From positions 2,304,001 through 2,368,000 of the forward strand of contig OZ241865.1 of assembly GCA_965203275.1 (NCBI GenBank): DNA of 64,000 nucleotides, given 5' to 3'. The notes under the pieces were generated by a model. That model was not told where the DNA came from, did no database searches, and was given only the letters and a program-made list of their open reading frames with translations. Positions 51,131-61,895 of the stretch are shown here, piece by piece (position 1 is the stretch's first letter; the number at the start of each line of letters is the position of its first letter). Origin of the DNA: Bdellovibrionales bacterium (GTDB lineage: Bacteria; Bdellovibrionota; Bdellovibrionia; Bdellovibrionales; JAUICD01). A program made the position numbers and the translations under genes.

Positions 51131-51529
51131 CTTAATACTGTGACTTTTGTATAAAAGTTACAGTATTAAGTGTTTGTAATTGTTAGACTTTTTTAGGTCA
51201 ACTTTAGAAATTTCTAATTTTTCGTCTAACACAATTCTTATCGTTTATTATGACATAAAACTTTATATTTTTGTTAAAAAAAATCAAAAAAAGTGACATT
51301 TTGTATCAAAAAGAATCACTTTTTTGAATTTTTGTATCATCTTGAAACACTTTACTAATCTTAAAGACATAAGATAAGAAAAATAAGTAGCGATTTTTAA
51401 TTCTTGTTTTATAACTTTTGCTTTGTTTGATTTTTCAAAACAATTTTCTTGCAAAAATTTGCCTGTTTTTTGCTCTTTCAAATTGTAACTTTTATACAAA
51501 AGTTACAGTGCTAAGTCATTGAAATCACT
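51117..51529. mobile_element. Non-coding segment bounded by 46-bp inverted repeats (MITE-like or invertible)
   Basis: 51117-51162 versus reverse complement of 51484-51529: 40/46 identical by manual alignment. Confidence 0.6.
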
Positions 51530-51584
51530 AGGTCGTTTAGGTTTGTTTCACTAAAAGTGGTTGTTTCACTTTGAATGAAACAGA

Positions 51585-51763
51585 AGGAACTTTTTCCTTA
51601 ACATGGTGTTAAGAGACAAGGAGATCCTTTCTACTAAAAGTAAACGGACTTTTGAGGTAGCCAGCCTTTGATCGACGGCGAAAGCCGTCGGGCTGGCTAT
51701 CCAAAAGTAGCCAGAGGCTAGTTTACTTTTAGTGAACCAGAGGTCAGTTCATTTTGAGTGAAA
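51585..51763 (+). repeat. Family A full copy plus an extra 3' end, just upstream of the pilin
   Basis: CGACGGC-GAAA-GCCGTCG apex; TAGCCAGAGGCTA side hairpin. Confidence 0.88.
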
Positions 51764-51795
51764 TGTTAAGGAAATAAGGTGTTTAAAAGGATATT

Positions 51796-52425
51796 ATGGA
51801 CAGATCAAGTCAAAAGGGATTTTCTCTTATAGAGTTAATGGTGGCAGTAGCCATCATTGGTCTTTTAAGTGTTGTGGCCATCCCACAATATCAAAAGTAT
51901 AAAATGAAGGCTAGACAGGGAGAGGCTAAACTTTCCTTATCGACACTTTACACAATGGAAAAGGTATTTATCACCAATTATGGATGGGGTACGGCTAACT
52001 TTTCACAGTTAGGATATAAGCCAAAGGGGCATTATGTATATCAATCAGGATGGTACCAGCATTACACCGGCTATCCATACAATGTAAATGCTACAAACAA
52101 ATCTCAAATAAATGTACCAGTGCCGTATACAGGCCCACTTGCAACTAATAGGTCTGTAAACACCCGCATGGCATGCAATGGCCCCGCTGCTCCAAATAAC
52201 AAAACACCACTTCCCTGTTTTCTTCATTGGAGAGGCAATAAGGGATACACTGCCGCTAGTTTTTTAGCGGCCGCCGTAAGAGAGTTAGGTGAAAGTCCTC
52301 CGAGAACAAGTAGTAGAGTTAATAATATAGGTTATAGAAATGTAAAATTTTTAATTCGATCCTTCAACGCACAAGGAGATCTTTGGTTTATAACCGAAAA
52401 AAAGAAAATGATTAATGTTCCTTAA
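51796..52425 (+). CDS. Type IVa pilin-like protein
   Basis: QKG|FSLIELMVAVAIIGLLSVVAIPQY prepilin site; KARQGEAK. Confidence 0.92.
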   Translation: MDRSSQKGFSLIELMVAVAIIGLLSVVAIPQYQKYKMKARQGEAKLSLSTLYTMEKVFITNYGWGTANFSQLGYKPKGHYVYQSGWYQHYTGYPYNVNATNKSQINVPVPYTGPLATNRSVNTRMACNGPAAPNNKTPLPCFLHWRGNKGYTAASFLAAAVRELGESPPRTSSRVNNIGYRNVKFLIRSFNAQGDLWFITEKKKMINVP

Positions 52426-52487
52426 TCATATTTGACTTTCTTAAAGCTGTGTTGCACTTTGAAGTAAACCAGAGTGGGAGACACAGC

Positions 52488-52598
52488 TTGAATATCAAAA
52501 AATATGTGGCTTATTATCGGCTATCAACACTTAAACAAACCATTGGCTTAAAAGCTCAAGAGACAATGGTCAAAGCCTATCTTTTTCACTCAAAATAA
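52488..52598 (+). pseudogene. N-terminal remnant of a serine recombinase (resolvase-like)
   Basis: Manual translation LNIKKYVAYYRLSTLKQTIGLKAQETMVKAYL then FHSK* from a family A end; Y-x-R-x-S-T-x-x-Q motif. Confidence 0.65.
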
Positions 52599-52721
52599 AT
52601 CATGCCTTTGTTTCCCTAAAATTGAACTAGCTTTTGAGGGAATTAGCCTTTGATGATCGACGACGACAGCCTTCGGCTGGCTACCCAAAAGTGACCAGAG
52701 GTCAGTTTACTTTTAGTGAAA
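52584..52721. repeat. Degenerate family A copies abutting the lon stop codon
   Basis: TTCACTCAAAATAAATCATGCC and ...GTGACCAGAGGTCAGTTTACTTTTAGTGAAA. Confidence 0.8.
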
Positions 52722-55289
52722 CTATTGTAAAACATGACCTGTGTATTGAGCTTTTAAACCCTTTACAGCAGAGGAAGAAGTAGACTTAAACAATGTACTT
52801 GGCTTTTTAATAAATAAAGCATTAACTAGAACCTGATCAACATGATCTACTAAAACAATTTTTAGTTCTTTCATCACTTCCTTTGGAATATCTTTTAAAT
52901 CTTTTTCATTTTCCTTTGGGCAAATGACATCGGTGATCTCTCCTCTGTGAGCTGCTAAAACTTTCTCTTTTAACCCACCAATAGGCAATACACGACCTCT
53001 TAAAGTGATTTCCCCTGTCATAGCTACCACCTTTCTCACAGGAATTTTTGTAATAGCAGAAACCATGCTCGTCACAATAGCCACACCCGCAGAAGGACCA
53101 TCTTTCGGAATAGCCCCTTCAGGTACATGAACATGTACGTCTATGTCTTGATAAAAATCTTTTTCAAACCCAAATAAGGACCCTCGAGACCTCACATAAC
53201 TCATAGCTGCACTGCAAGATTCCTTCATAATATCCCCTAACTGTCCAGTGATCGTCAAATTACCTTTGCCAGGGACAATACTAACTTCAACCACTAAAAG
53301 ATCGCCACCTACCTCTGTCCAAGCCATTCCATTTGTTAGTCCAATTTCATTCTGCTCCTCTGCCCTTGTATGCTTGAATTTTTGAGGTCCTAGAAATTCT
53401 TTCATTTTCTTAGGCGTTACAATATATGATTTTATTTGCTTCTTAGATTCTATATTTTTTGCATCTTCTTTTTGTTGAGGTTTCTGTACATTTTTGTCAG
53501 ATGTCTCTGAAACAGCCATAGATTTTTCTTTATCCGCTAAGAATTCCCTTGCTAACTTTCTGCATATTGTACCAATCTGACGCTCTAAGTTTCTCACCCC
53601 TGCCTCCCTTGTATAATCTCGAATCACTAACTTCAAGGTAGGATCTGCAATTTTCATTTTAAGATTCTTTAATCCATGAGCCTTCATCTGTTTAGGTATC
53701 AAATATTGTCTAGCAATATAAAACTTCTCTGTTTCTGTATAACCTTCTAAATGAATGATCTCCATTCGATCCATCAAAGGACGAGGAATAGTGTGCAAAG
53801 AGTTTGCTGTTGTAATGAACATAATTTTAGATAAATCATATTCAACCTCTAAATAATGATCTTGAAAAGTGGTATTTTGTTCGGGATCTAACACCTCTAA
53901 TAATGCAGAAGAAGGATCACCTCGAAAATCTGTACTCATCTTATCTATTTCATCTAATAAAAAGAGAGGATTGCTCGTGCCTGCCTTCTTTAAAGCTTGA
54001 ATCATTTTACCTGGCATAGCTCCTACATACGTTCTACGATGTCCGCGAATTTCTGCTTCATCTCTCACTCCACCTAATGAAATTCTCACAAACTTTCGAG
54101 CTAACGCCTTCGCAATAGAAGCCCCTAAACTGGTCTTACCTACACCCGGAGGTCCTACAAAACAAAGAATAGGCCCCTTGCACTCTCCAGTCAAAGCCTG
54201 TACAGCTAAATGTTCTACAATACGCTCTTTGACTTTCTCTAAAGCATAGTGATCTTCTTCTAAAACCTTTTGAGCATTGCTAAGATTGTTTTGAGACTTA
54301 GAATATTCATACCAAGGGAGAGTCAATATCCAATCTATGTAATGTCGTACCACAGCAGCTTCTGCACTTGTCGGGGTCATCATTTTGAGTTTGCGAATTT
54401 CTTTTCTTACTTTTGTAGAAGCCTCCTTACTCATCTTTTTTTGACTTAAAAGCTTTTCTAATTCTACAATTTCATCTTGAAAATCATCTTTTTCTCCTAA
54501 CTCCTTTTGAATTGCCTGCATTTGTTCATTGAGATAATATTCTTTTTGAGATCTCTCCATTTGCTTGCGAACTCGTGTGCGAATCTTTTTTTCTACTTCT
54601 AGTATTTCAATCTCACCAACCACCATATTTAAAAGCTTTTCTAATCGTCGACCGGGATCAAAAATTTCTAGTATTTTTTGCTTATCCTCAATCTTAAGGT
54701 TTAACTGAGCTGCAATAATATCAGCAAGTTCCCCTGCATGGTCTATGGTAGAAAGCCTCATTAAAATTTCTGGTGGAATACCTTTGTTTAAACGCACATA
54801 ATTTTCAAAAGTAGACTTTACAGATCTCACTAGAGCTTGAGTCTCTAAAGGAGCTTCATCTTCCTCTTCCATTTCCTCTGAACATACAATAAAGTATTCA
54901 TCAGTTTGAACATATTCCTTAATTTTCGTTCGAGATTTACCTTCAATTAAAACTTTTACAGTGCCATCTGGAAGACGCAAAAGCTGAATAATACTTCCCC
55001 TGGTACCTACTTGATAAATCTCATCAGGTTCAGGTTTATTGATTTTTGCATCCTTCTGGGCAGCTAAGATAATATTGACTCGATTATTCATGGCATGCTC
55101 AAGAGCGTTGATGCTTTTATCTCTACCTACAAAAAGTGGAATCATCATGTGTGGAAACACAATTAAGTCACGTAATGGCAATAAAGGAAGTCGCTGAGAA
55201 TCTTCATTTTGAACAGAAGGAACTGAACTTGATGCATCATCTGATAATGGGTTAGAAGATGGATTGTCTTTCTCTTCTTTATCTCCCAT
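52722..55289 (-). CDS. lon: ATP-dependent Lon protease
   Basis: [29 protein letters not shown]. Confidence 0.98.
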   Translation of the reverse strand: MGDKEEKDNPSSNPLSDDASSSVPSVQNEDSQRLPLLPLRDLIVFPHMMIPLFVGRDKSINALEHAMNNRVNIILAAQKDAKINKPEPDEIYQVGTRGSIIQLLRLPDGTVKVLIEGKSRTKIKEYVQTDEYFIVCSEEMEEEDEAPLETQALVRSVKSTFENYVRLNKGIPPEILMRLSTIDHAGELADIIAAQLNLKIEDKQKILEIFDPGRRLEKLLNMVVGEIEILEVEKKIRTRVRKQMERSQKEYYLNEQMQAIQKELGEKDDFQDEIVELEKLLSQKKMSKEASTKVRKEIRKLKMMTPTSAEAAVVRHYIDWILTLPWYEYSKSQNNLSNAQKVLEEDHYALEKVKERIVEHLAVQALTGECKGPILCFVGPPGVGKTSLGASIAKALARKFVRISLGGVRDEAEIRGHRRTYVGAMPGKMIQALKKAGTSNPLFLLDEIDKMSTDFRGDPSSALLEVLDPEQNTTFQDHYLEVEYDLSKIMFITTANSLHTIPRPLMDRMEIIHLEGYTETEKFYIARQYLIPKQMKAHGLKNLKMKIADPTLKLVIRDYTREAGVRNLERQIGTICRKLAREFLADKEKSMAVSETSDKNVQKPQQKEDAKNIESKKQIKSYIVTPKKMKEFLGPQKFKHTRAEEQNEIGLTNGMAWTEVGGDLLVVEVSIVPGKGNLTITGQLGDIMKESCSAAMSYVRSRGSLFGFEKDFYQDIDVHVHVPEGAIPKDGPSAGVAIVTSMVSAITKIPVRKVVAMTGEITLRGRVLPIGGLKEKVLAAHRGEITDVICPKENEKDLKDIPKEVMKELKIVLVDHVDQVLVNALFIKKPSTLFKSTSSSAVKGLKAQYTGHVLQ

Positions 55290-55316
55290 ACTATATCCCC
55301 CCTTTTATTAAATAAA

Positions 55317-56612
55317 TTAAGCTGACTCCTCTTTAATACTTTCAATATCTTCATCTTCTTTTTCAGTTTCAGTAGCTTTGATAATCATTTTAGGTTTTTT
55401 ACGCGTAGTGATCACATCCTTGCTAATAATCACCTTTTTAATATTAGGTTGTGAAGGCATTTCATACATGACGTCTAACATAGCTTCTTCCATAACACTT
55501 CTTAGGCCTCTTGCCTCTACCTTACGTTTTGTAGCTTCTTTAGCAATAGCCTTAATAGCACCGTCTGTAAAATCTAAATCTACTTGCTCAAAGCTAAAAA
55601 GCTTTTTAAATTGTTTAGTGAGGGCATTTTTAGGTTTAACTAAAATATCAATAAGAGCCTTCTCACTTAAAGGAGAAAGTGTGGCTACAACAGGTAGACG
55701 GCCTATGAACTCTGGGATTAAACCAAAGTGGGTTAGGTCATCTGATTGAACTTTTGCAAGTAGCTTGTCTGTTTCTTCTTCAGATCTTTTTTCACTCCTC
55801 ACATCAGCTGCTAACCCCATTGTTTTATTTGTTGTACGTCTTTCAATAATTTTATCTAGTCCAACAAAGGCTCCACCACAAATGAATAAAATGTTTGTTG
55901 TATCTAATTGGATAAAATCTTGTTGGGGATGCTTTCGACCTCCTTTAGGAGGTAGGTTGGCAATTGTCCCTTCTAAAATTTTTAGAAGAGCTTGTTGTAC
56001 GCCCTCTCCACTCACATCTCTTGTGATCGAAGGATTTTCAGATTTACGAGTTATTTTATCTATTTCGTCAATGTAGATCACGCCGTGCTGAGCTCTATCT
56101 ACATTATAATCAGCAGCTTGCAAAAGATTCAATACAATATTTTCCACATCTTCGCCTACATAACCTGCTTCTGTGAGAGTTGTAGCATCGGCCATAGCAA
56201 AAGGCACTTTTAAAAATCTAGCAATAGTTTGAGCAAGTAAAGTTTTGCCAGAACCTGTTGGGCCAATTAAAAGGATATTGCTTTTAGAAAGCTCAATGTC
56301 GTCGTTTCTTCTAATTTTTTTGTTGACGGCATTGATTCTTTTGTAATGATTATGCACAGCGACAGAAAGCACTTTCTTTGCTTTTTCTTGACCAATCACA
56401 TAATCATCTAAAAATCTTTTAATTTCTATAGGCTTAGGGATAGAAGAGGAAATATCAGATTCTTTTTCCTTTTCTTCTGCAATGATCTCATTGCAAAGCT
56501 CAATACACTCATCGCATATATAGACACCTGCTCCTGCAATGAGCTTTTTCACATCTTTTTGTGTTTTATCACAAAAACTACAAGCTAGTTTATAATTTGC
56601 ATTATTTGCCAT
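55317..56612 (-). CDS. clpX: ClpX ATPase
   Basis: CSFC...ICDEC Zn finger, [20 protein letters not shown]. Confidence 0.98.
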   Translation of the reverse strand: MANNANYKLACSFCDKTQKDVKKLIAGAGVYICDECIELCNEIIAEEKEKESDISSSIPKPIEIKRFLDDYVIGQEKAKKVLSVAVHNHYKRINAVNKKIRRNDDIELSKSNILLIGPTGSGKTLLAQTIARFLKVPFAMADATTLTEAGYVGEDVENIVLNLLQAADYNVDRAQHGVIYIDEIDKITRKSENPSITRDVSGEGVQQALLKILEGTIANLPPKGGRKHPQQDFIQLDTTNILFICGGAFVGLDKIIERRTTNKTMGLAADVRSEKRSEEETDKLLAKVQSDDLTHFGLIPEFIGRLPVVATLSPLSEKALIDILVKPKNALTKQFKKLFSFEQVDLDFTDGAIKAIAKEATKRKVEARGLRSVMEEAMLDVMYEMPSQPNIKKVIISKDVITTRKKPKMIIKATETEKEDEDIESIKEESA

Positions 56613-56614
56613 TT

Positions 56615-57223
56615 TCAATTCCCTTTTTTCTTACGGTTTTGAATTACTGAATCAATAAGCCCAAAGCCTTTAGCCTGCTCTGGTGATAGAAAAAAATCTC
56701 TATCCATGCATTTTTCTAGTTCCTTAAAATTTTTACCTGTATGCTTAACATAAATTTGAGTCAAAGCTTTTTTGGTTTCAATTAATTCTTTTGTATGAAT
56801 TTCTATATCACTTGCTTGACCTGAAAGTCCAGAACCACCAATTAAAGGCTGATGGAGCATAATTTTAGAATGAGGCAAGGCATAACGTTTACCTTGAGTC
56901 CCTGCTGCTAAAAGTAACGACCCCATACTTGCTGAAAGTCCAATGCAATAAGTCGCAATATCACATTTAACAAACTGCATAATATCATAAATAGCTAATC
57001 CATCAGACACACTCCCTCCTGGAGAGTTGATGTACATCTGTACGTCTTTTTCAGGACTTTCCATTTCTAAGAAAAGTATCTGTGCAATCACTAAATTGGC
57101 TACATGATGATCAATAGCTGTACCAATAAATACAATGCGATCTTTTAATAACCTTGAATAAATATCATAACTACGCTCTCCCTTAGAAGTCTGCTCTATC
57201 ACAAAAGGTACTAATGTCGTCAA
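56615..57223 (-). CDS. clpP: ClpP protease
   Basis: [29 protein letters not shown] start after AGGAGG. Confidence 0.98.
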   Translation of the reverse strand: MTTLVPFVIEQTSKGERSYDIYSRLLKDRIVFIGTAIDHHVANLVIAQILFLEMESPEKDVQMYINSPGGSVSDGLAIYDIMQFVKCDIATYCIGLSASMGSLLLAAGTQGKRYALPHSKIMLHQPLIGGSGLSGQASDIEIHTKELIETKKALTQIYVKHTGKNFKELEKCMDRDFFLSPEQAKGFGLIDSVIQNRKKKGN

Positions 57224-57571
57224 AATAAACCTCCTTGTCTTAGTATATTTTCATTACAATTTCTGTCTTTATAAGTTGATATATCTTTATAATTAAAATT
57301 CTCTTTGCCTGTTGCCTGTATTATGAGTTTTTACTTAACCTTGATATTTTAATATAAATAAACACAACAATCAAGCAATCAAGATAAAAAAAATATCTTT
57401 GTATTCTTATCGGTCTTTATTTAAGAATTCATAATTTTGATTTGGACTTGTTTTTAAGTATTTTTACATAATTTGTGAAAATTCTATATAAAAGTATCTC
57501 ATTTTGAGACATTCTATTTTATTTTCGCTAAAAAGCCATAGACTTTTTATTTGATCAGTGGTAATTAATAG

Positions 57572-58465
57572 GTGATGAATATTCAAAAAGCACTCATTCC
57601 TGTTGCAGGCTTTGGTACTCGTATGCTACCTGCCACAAAGTCTATCCCTAAAGAAATGCTTCCTATAGCTGGTAGACCGGCTATATCTTATATTATAGAG
57701 GAGATCATCGATGCGGGCATCACAACAGTGATCTTAGTGCAAGGACGAGGGAAAACAGCAATAGAAGACTTTTTTGATATATCTTTTGAGCTTGAAACTC
57801 ACCTTAAGTCAAAGAACAATACACAAATTCTTCAATCCGCAGAAAAACTTCAAGAACAAATCAATGTTTTTTCTGTCCGGCAAAAAAAGCCCCTTGGATT
57901 AGGTCATGCCATTTTTTGTGGAGAACCTCTCTTAAAGAATGAACCTTTTGTTGTCCTACTACCTGATGAGATTATTTTAGGAAAGGGCAATCAAAATCCC
58001 ACAAAAATTTTAATAGATCATTTTAAATGTGTTAGAAAGTCTTTAGTTGGTCTTATGTCTGTACCTAAAGATGATGTGGAAAAATATGGCATAGCCTCTT
58101 TAGAGGATCAGAAACCTTCAGAATCTTCGAACTTATATAAAGTGAGGTCTATTGTAGAAAAACCTAAAAAAGAGCATGCACCTAGCACTCTTTCTTGTTG
58201 TGGACGTTATATTTTTGAGCCTTCTTCTCTTTTTAAATATTTTTCAGATAACACATTTGAGGGTCAGGAAGAAATAGGCTTAACCAATGCTATGAATCAA
58301 CTTGCTAAAAAAGATGCACTTATAGGAGCAGAATTTTTAACACAAAAAAGATACGACATAGGACATCCTTGGGGTTGGCTACATGCTAATATAGAACTCG
58401 CTTTTAATCAACCAGAACTAGTCGGTCCTCTTAAAAAGTATCTTTCTACTTTGACATTAAAATAA
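57572..58465 (+). CDS. galU: UTP-glucose-1-phosphate uridylyltransferase
   Basis: PVAGFGTRMLPATKSIPKEMLP, LGLGHA, VEKP. Confidence 0.93.
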   Translation: MMNIQKALIPVAGFGTRMLPATKSIPKEMLPIAGRPAISYIIEEIIDAGITTVILVQGRGKTAIEDFFDISFELETHLKSKNNTQILQSAEKLQEQINVFSVRQKKPLGLGHAIFCGEPLLKNEPFVVLLPDEIILGKGNQNPTKILIDHFKCVRKSLVGLMSVPKDDVEKYGIASLEDQKPSESSNLYKVRSIVEKPKKEHAPSTLSCCGRYIFEPSSLFKYFSDNTFEGQEEIGLTNAMNQLAKKDALIGAEFLTQKRYDIGHPWGWLHANIELAFNQPELVGPLKKYLSTLTLK

Positions 58466-58497
58466 TAAAAAATTATTGAGCATAAATCTAAGAAGGT

Positions 58498-59853
58498 CTA
58501 CTGACTTTTTAAAATATTATATCGTTTATACACAATGTCTAAATATCTTTCTTTTAATTTTGTTGACAAAAGGGAATGCTTCACAAAATCTTCAGTGACT
58601 GTCCACCAATGTTGCAAATCCTCAAATGGTTTCTGTATTGCCCTTTCTGACAATCTAATTTTTTGACCAAACTTTTTAAAATAACTGCCTTGTAAGTTTT
58701 TATTTTTTCCTAATATTGTTAAAGCAATATCAACAGATTCATTTGGAATAGCAACTCTTGTGTTTAATAAATCATAACAAGGTGCTAGCTGATATTTGCC
58801 AGGATCTCTATAAGATTCTATTAATGACCAATTTTTTAAATGCATATCTGCATTGGCAATAAAATAACAAAATACAAGCCTTCTATAAAATATTTCTAAG
58901 TCTATTTGAGGAGCTGAGGAAAATAAAACTAAAGCTTTTGCTACTTTTTCACAGCTGCCTGTATATTTATCTGAGCTGTTCATTTTAAGGATTTGTCCCA
59001 TATCCTCCATCATAAGTGGTTGACTGTTGTGTTGATCAAACCGCTTAATAACAAAAATAAGCCCTAAAGGATCAATATTCAGTATTGAAAAACTAGGTAC
59101 TTCAAATCCAACTTTCTTTGCTATAGCCATTGTGACATGTTCATTAGCAGGAAGTTCTGGATAGTTACCAGAAGGTTTTAAAATGTACTTTGCGTTGATA
59201 GCGGTTGGAGTTAGAATACTTTTGTTAGTAAGGCGAAAGACACCTTTTCTTTGAGCTCCAGAAATAGACCCGCCATAAATAACTCTAGCAAAAGCAGTCT
59301 CCGGTGATTGAGAATCTAACTCTATAGAAATATTTCGAGTTGTTCCCCATAAAGTCTTTACGCATTTTAAGTGTATGGTCTGAGGAGCTATCGTATTGAA
59401 ACAGGATGGACATCTTTTTAATTGAGAAAGTGTCTTATGAGGGTAGTTTTTTAAATTTTGCTCTCCTAAAAATTCTTCAAAAATATTAAGCTGAATTTCT
59501 TGGTTATTTGAATAATCAAGTGGCTGTAGGCAAACAGCACCTAAAGGACATTGACCAGTTGCCATAAGCATTGCAAACCGATTAATTTTGCTAATATGCA
59601 GTACTTTTTCTGCATGCCCAAGAAGCCAGCCCTCTAATATGAGATTATCAAAAAAAGGATGTAGTTGCTTAGAGATGTAAGGCTCTTTCCTTATAGGAAA
59701 GGAGGTAGCTATTGGTAATGCATTGGAATTGATGTAATTTTTATGATAGACAAAACTGTACTCTCCTTGTTTGAGATCTTGTTTTAAAGTACCTGCAAGT
59801 TGATCTTTCAAATAAACATGTGCTCTGTTGATTTTTGCAAAGTCTATACTCAT
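58498..59853 (-). CDS. hipA: HipA-family kinase toxin (HipA N-terminal domain plus kinase)
   Basis: PFFDNLILEGW, SISGAQRK, YILKP, NADMHLKNWS, LAPCYD. Confidence 0.9.
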   Translation of the reverse strand: MSIDFAKINRAHVYLKDQLAGTLKQDLKQGEYSFVYHKNYINSNALPIATSFPIRKEPYISKQLHPFFDNLILEGWLLGHAEKVLHISKINRFAMLMATGQCPLGAVCLQPLDYSNNQEIQLNIFEEFLGEQNLKNYPHKTLSQLKRCPSCFNTIAPQTIHLKCVKTLWGTTRNISIELDSQSPETAFARVIYGGSISGAQRKGVFRLTNKSILTPTAINAKYILKPSGNYPELPANEHVTMAIAKKVGFEVPSFSILNIDPLGLIFVIKRFDQHNSQPLMMEDMGQILKMNSSDKYTGSCEKVAKALVLFSSAPQIDLEIFYRRLVFCYFIANADMHLKNWSLIESYRDPGKYQLAPCYDLLNTRVAIPNESVDIALTILGKNKNLQGSYFKKFGQKIRLSERAIQKPFEDLQHWWTVTEDFVKHSLLSTKLKERYLDIVYKRYNILKSQ

Positions 59854-59857
59854 TATT

Positions 59858-60076
59858 CTATCCTATTTTTTTGTTTTGCATTGAAACAATCCCTGTACGA
59901 TAGCCAAAAACATTTAGGATTTTATTTAATGTGACCAGTCTGAGATTTTGATCTCCTTTCTCAATACGATTAATTAATGTGCGACTCACTTGGGCATAAT
60001 TGGCTAACTGCCTCTGAGTGATTCTTCTTGCCTCTCGTTTTTTTTTCACGAAAACTCCTATTTTCATAAGAACCAT
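59858..60076 (-). CDS. hipB: HipB-like XRE HTH antitoxin
   Basis: ITQRQLANYAQVSRTLINRIEKG; directly upstream of hipA. Confidence 0.85.
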   Translation of the reverse strand: MVLMKIGVFVKKKREARRITQRQLANYAQVSRTLINRIEKGDQNLRLVTLNKILNVFGYRTGIVSMQNKKIG

Positions 60077-60181
60077 CCTTTTTTGTTTGTTTTATTTATT
60101 CGTATCCTGTCTTTAAATGTCTTAAAGAAATATAAAAATATTTTTGCTTGTTTATTTTTATTTTATCTTTGATTTGAAAAT

Positions 60182-60390
60182 ATTTCTATCATTTTGTTCG
60201 TATTTTGTCCTTAAAAGAGGACATTTCTATCGTTTTGTTCGCATTTTGTCCTTAAAAAAGGACATTTCTATCATTTTGTTCGCATTTTGTCCTTAAAAAA
60301 GGACTTTTTTATCATTTTGTTCGTATTTTGTCCTTAAAAAAGGACACTTTTATCATTTTATTCGTATTTTGTCCTTAAAAAAGGACTTTT
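60182..60390. promoter_or_regulatory. Five 41-bp tandem repeats, each with a TGTCC-N8-GGACW palindrome (HipB-operator-like)
   Basis: Palindromes start at 60206, 60247, 60288, 60329 and 60370, upstream of hipB. Confidence 0.75.
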
Positions 60391-60878
60391 CTCTATAAAA
60401 AAGAACATTTCTCTATAAAAACATTGTTTCAGGTGTAAAGTTTAAAGAGGAAGTATTTATTTCAAAATCTTTTGTTACAAAAGATGCCTTAAATATAGTT
60501 GTTTAATTATTTGATGCTAAATACAAAAAACAAGAAATAACTCATTATATAAAAATAAAAAGAACAATGGTGACACGCTGCTCCAAAAACAGGTGAAAGA
60601 TGAGATAAGATTAAAAACTCTCAATATTATATATAATTTAAGATATATTCTCTGGTGTATATTAGGGTGTTATTTATAAGAAATTTTAAATTTGAAGTAT
60701 ATGAACTATGTATTTGTATAAAAATAGGTTACAATGCACTTTAAAAATTTAATAAATCAGGATTTATTAAATCAGGATGAAGGTACGGAGGTTGTGTAAG
60801 CTGAGCTTAAGCATTTTACATGACCTTTAAATAAAGAAGTTAAACAAATAACATTACAAAGATTCCAGGAGGTACATT

Positions 60879-61895
60879 ATGATTAAAAAACGTTTCACAA
60901 TATTATCTTTATTTTTTGTTCTTACTTTTGGTATTTATAGTTTAACTGCTTATAGTCAAGGTAAAAAAGCAGTAAAAACACAGTTTATTACAATTGGAAC
61001 AGGTGGAATCACAGGAGTTTACTATCCGACAGGTGGAGCCATCTCTAAAATCATTAATAAAAACAGATCTAAACATGGAGTGCGAGCCAGTGTGGAATCC
61101 ACTGCTGGATCTGTCTTTAATATTAATGCAGTTGTTGCTAATGACTTAGAGTTTGGTATTGTGCAGTCTGATAGGCAATATCAAGCAGTGAAAGGATTAG
61201 CAGAATGGAAAAGGCTAGGCCCACAAAAGAATATTCGATCTGTTTTTAGTTTGTATACGGAGGTTGTAACCATTGTAGCTGCTGTGGACAGTAAAATTCG
61301 TAATATAAAAGACTTTAAAGGGAAAAGAATTAATATTGGCAATTTTGGTTCAGGGCAACGTCAAAATGCTCTAGACATTGTAAAAACATCTGGCTTAAAT
61401 TGGGATAAAGATTTTAGGGCTGAGAGTCTTAAGTCCGCTGAAGCTCCTAAAATGTTGCAAGACAATCGCATAGATGCTTTTTTCTTTACAGTAGGACATC
61501 CTAGTGGAACAATTACAGAAGCTACTTCAGGTCGCCGTAAAGTGCGTTTTATTCCTGCTGTAGGTATGGATAAGCTTTTGAAGAAAAATCCATATTATGG
61601 TCGAGCGACTATTCCTCATGATCTTTATCCAATGGCTCAAAATAAAAGAGATGTTCCTTCTATTGGTGTGGCAGCTCTTCTTATAACATCTTCAGATGTT
61701 TCAGAAGATGTTGTTTACAATCTTACAAAAGAAATTTTTAACAACTTAGATGATTTTAAAAAAAGCCATCCAGCACTATCTGCTTTCACGCGAGAGAATA
61801 TGTTTTTAGGTTTGTCTGCTCCACTGCATCCCGGTGCATTAAAGTATTACAAAGAAGCTAAACTTGATCAGGGTATTCCTAAAAGACTTTTATAA
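60879..61895 (+). CDS. TAXI-family TRAP solute-binding protein
   Basis: Signal peptide, IGTGGITGVYYPTG, STAGSVFN, PLHPGALKYY. Confidence 0.93.
   Translation: MIKKRFTILSLFFVLTFGIYSLTAYSQGKKAVKTQFITIGTGGITGVYYPTGGAISKIINKNRSKHGVRASVESTAGSVFNINAVVANDLEFGIVQSDRQYQAVKGLAEWKRLGPQKNIRSVFSLYTEVVTIVAAVDSKIRNIKDFKGKRINIGNFGSGQRQNALDIVKTSGLNWDKDFRAESLKSAEAPKMLQDNRIDAFFFTVGHPSGTITEATSGRRKVRFIPAVGMDKLLKKNPYYGRATIPHDLYPMAQNKRDVPSIGVAALLITSSDVSEDVVYNLTKEIFNNLDDFKKSHPALSAFTRENMFLGLSAPLHPGALKYYKEAKLDQGIPKRLL

Noticed and set aside
60182..60390. Possible CRISPR array
   Set aside because: Units are contiguous near-identical 41-mers with no unique spacers, and no cas genes are present.
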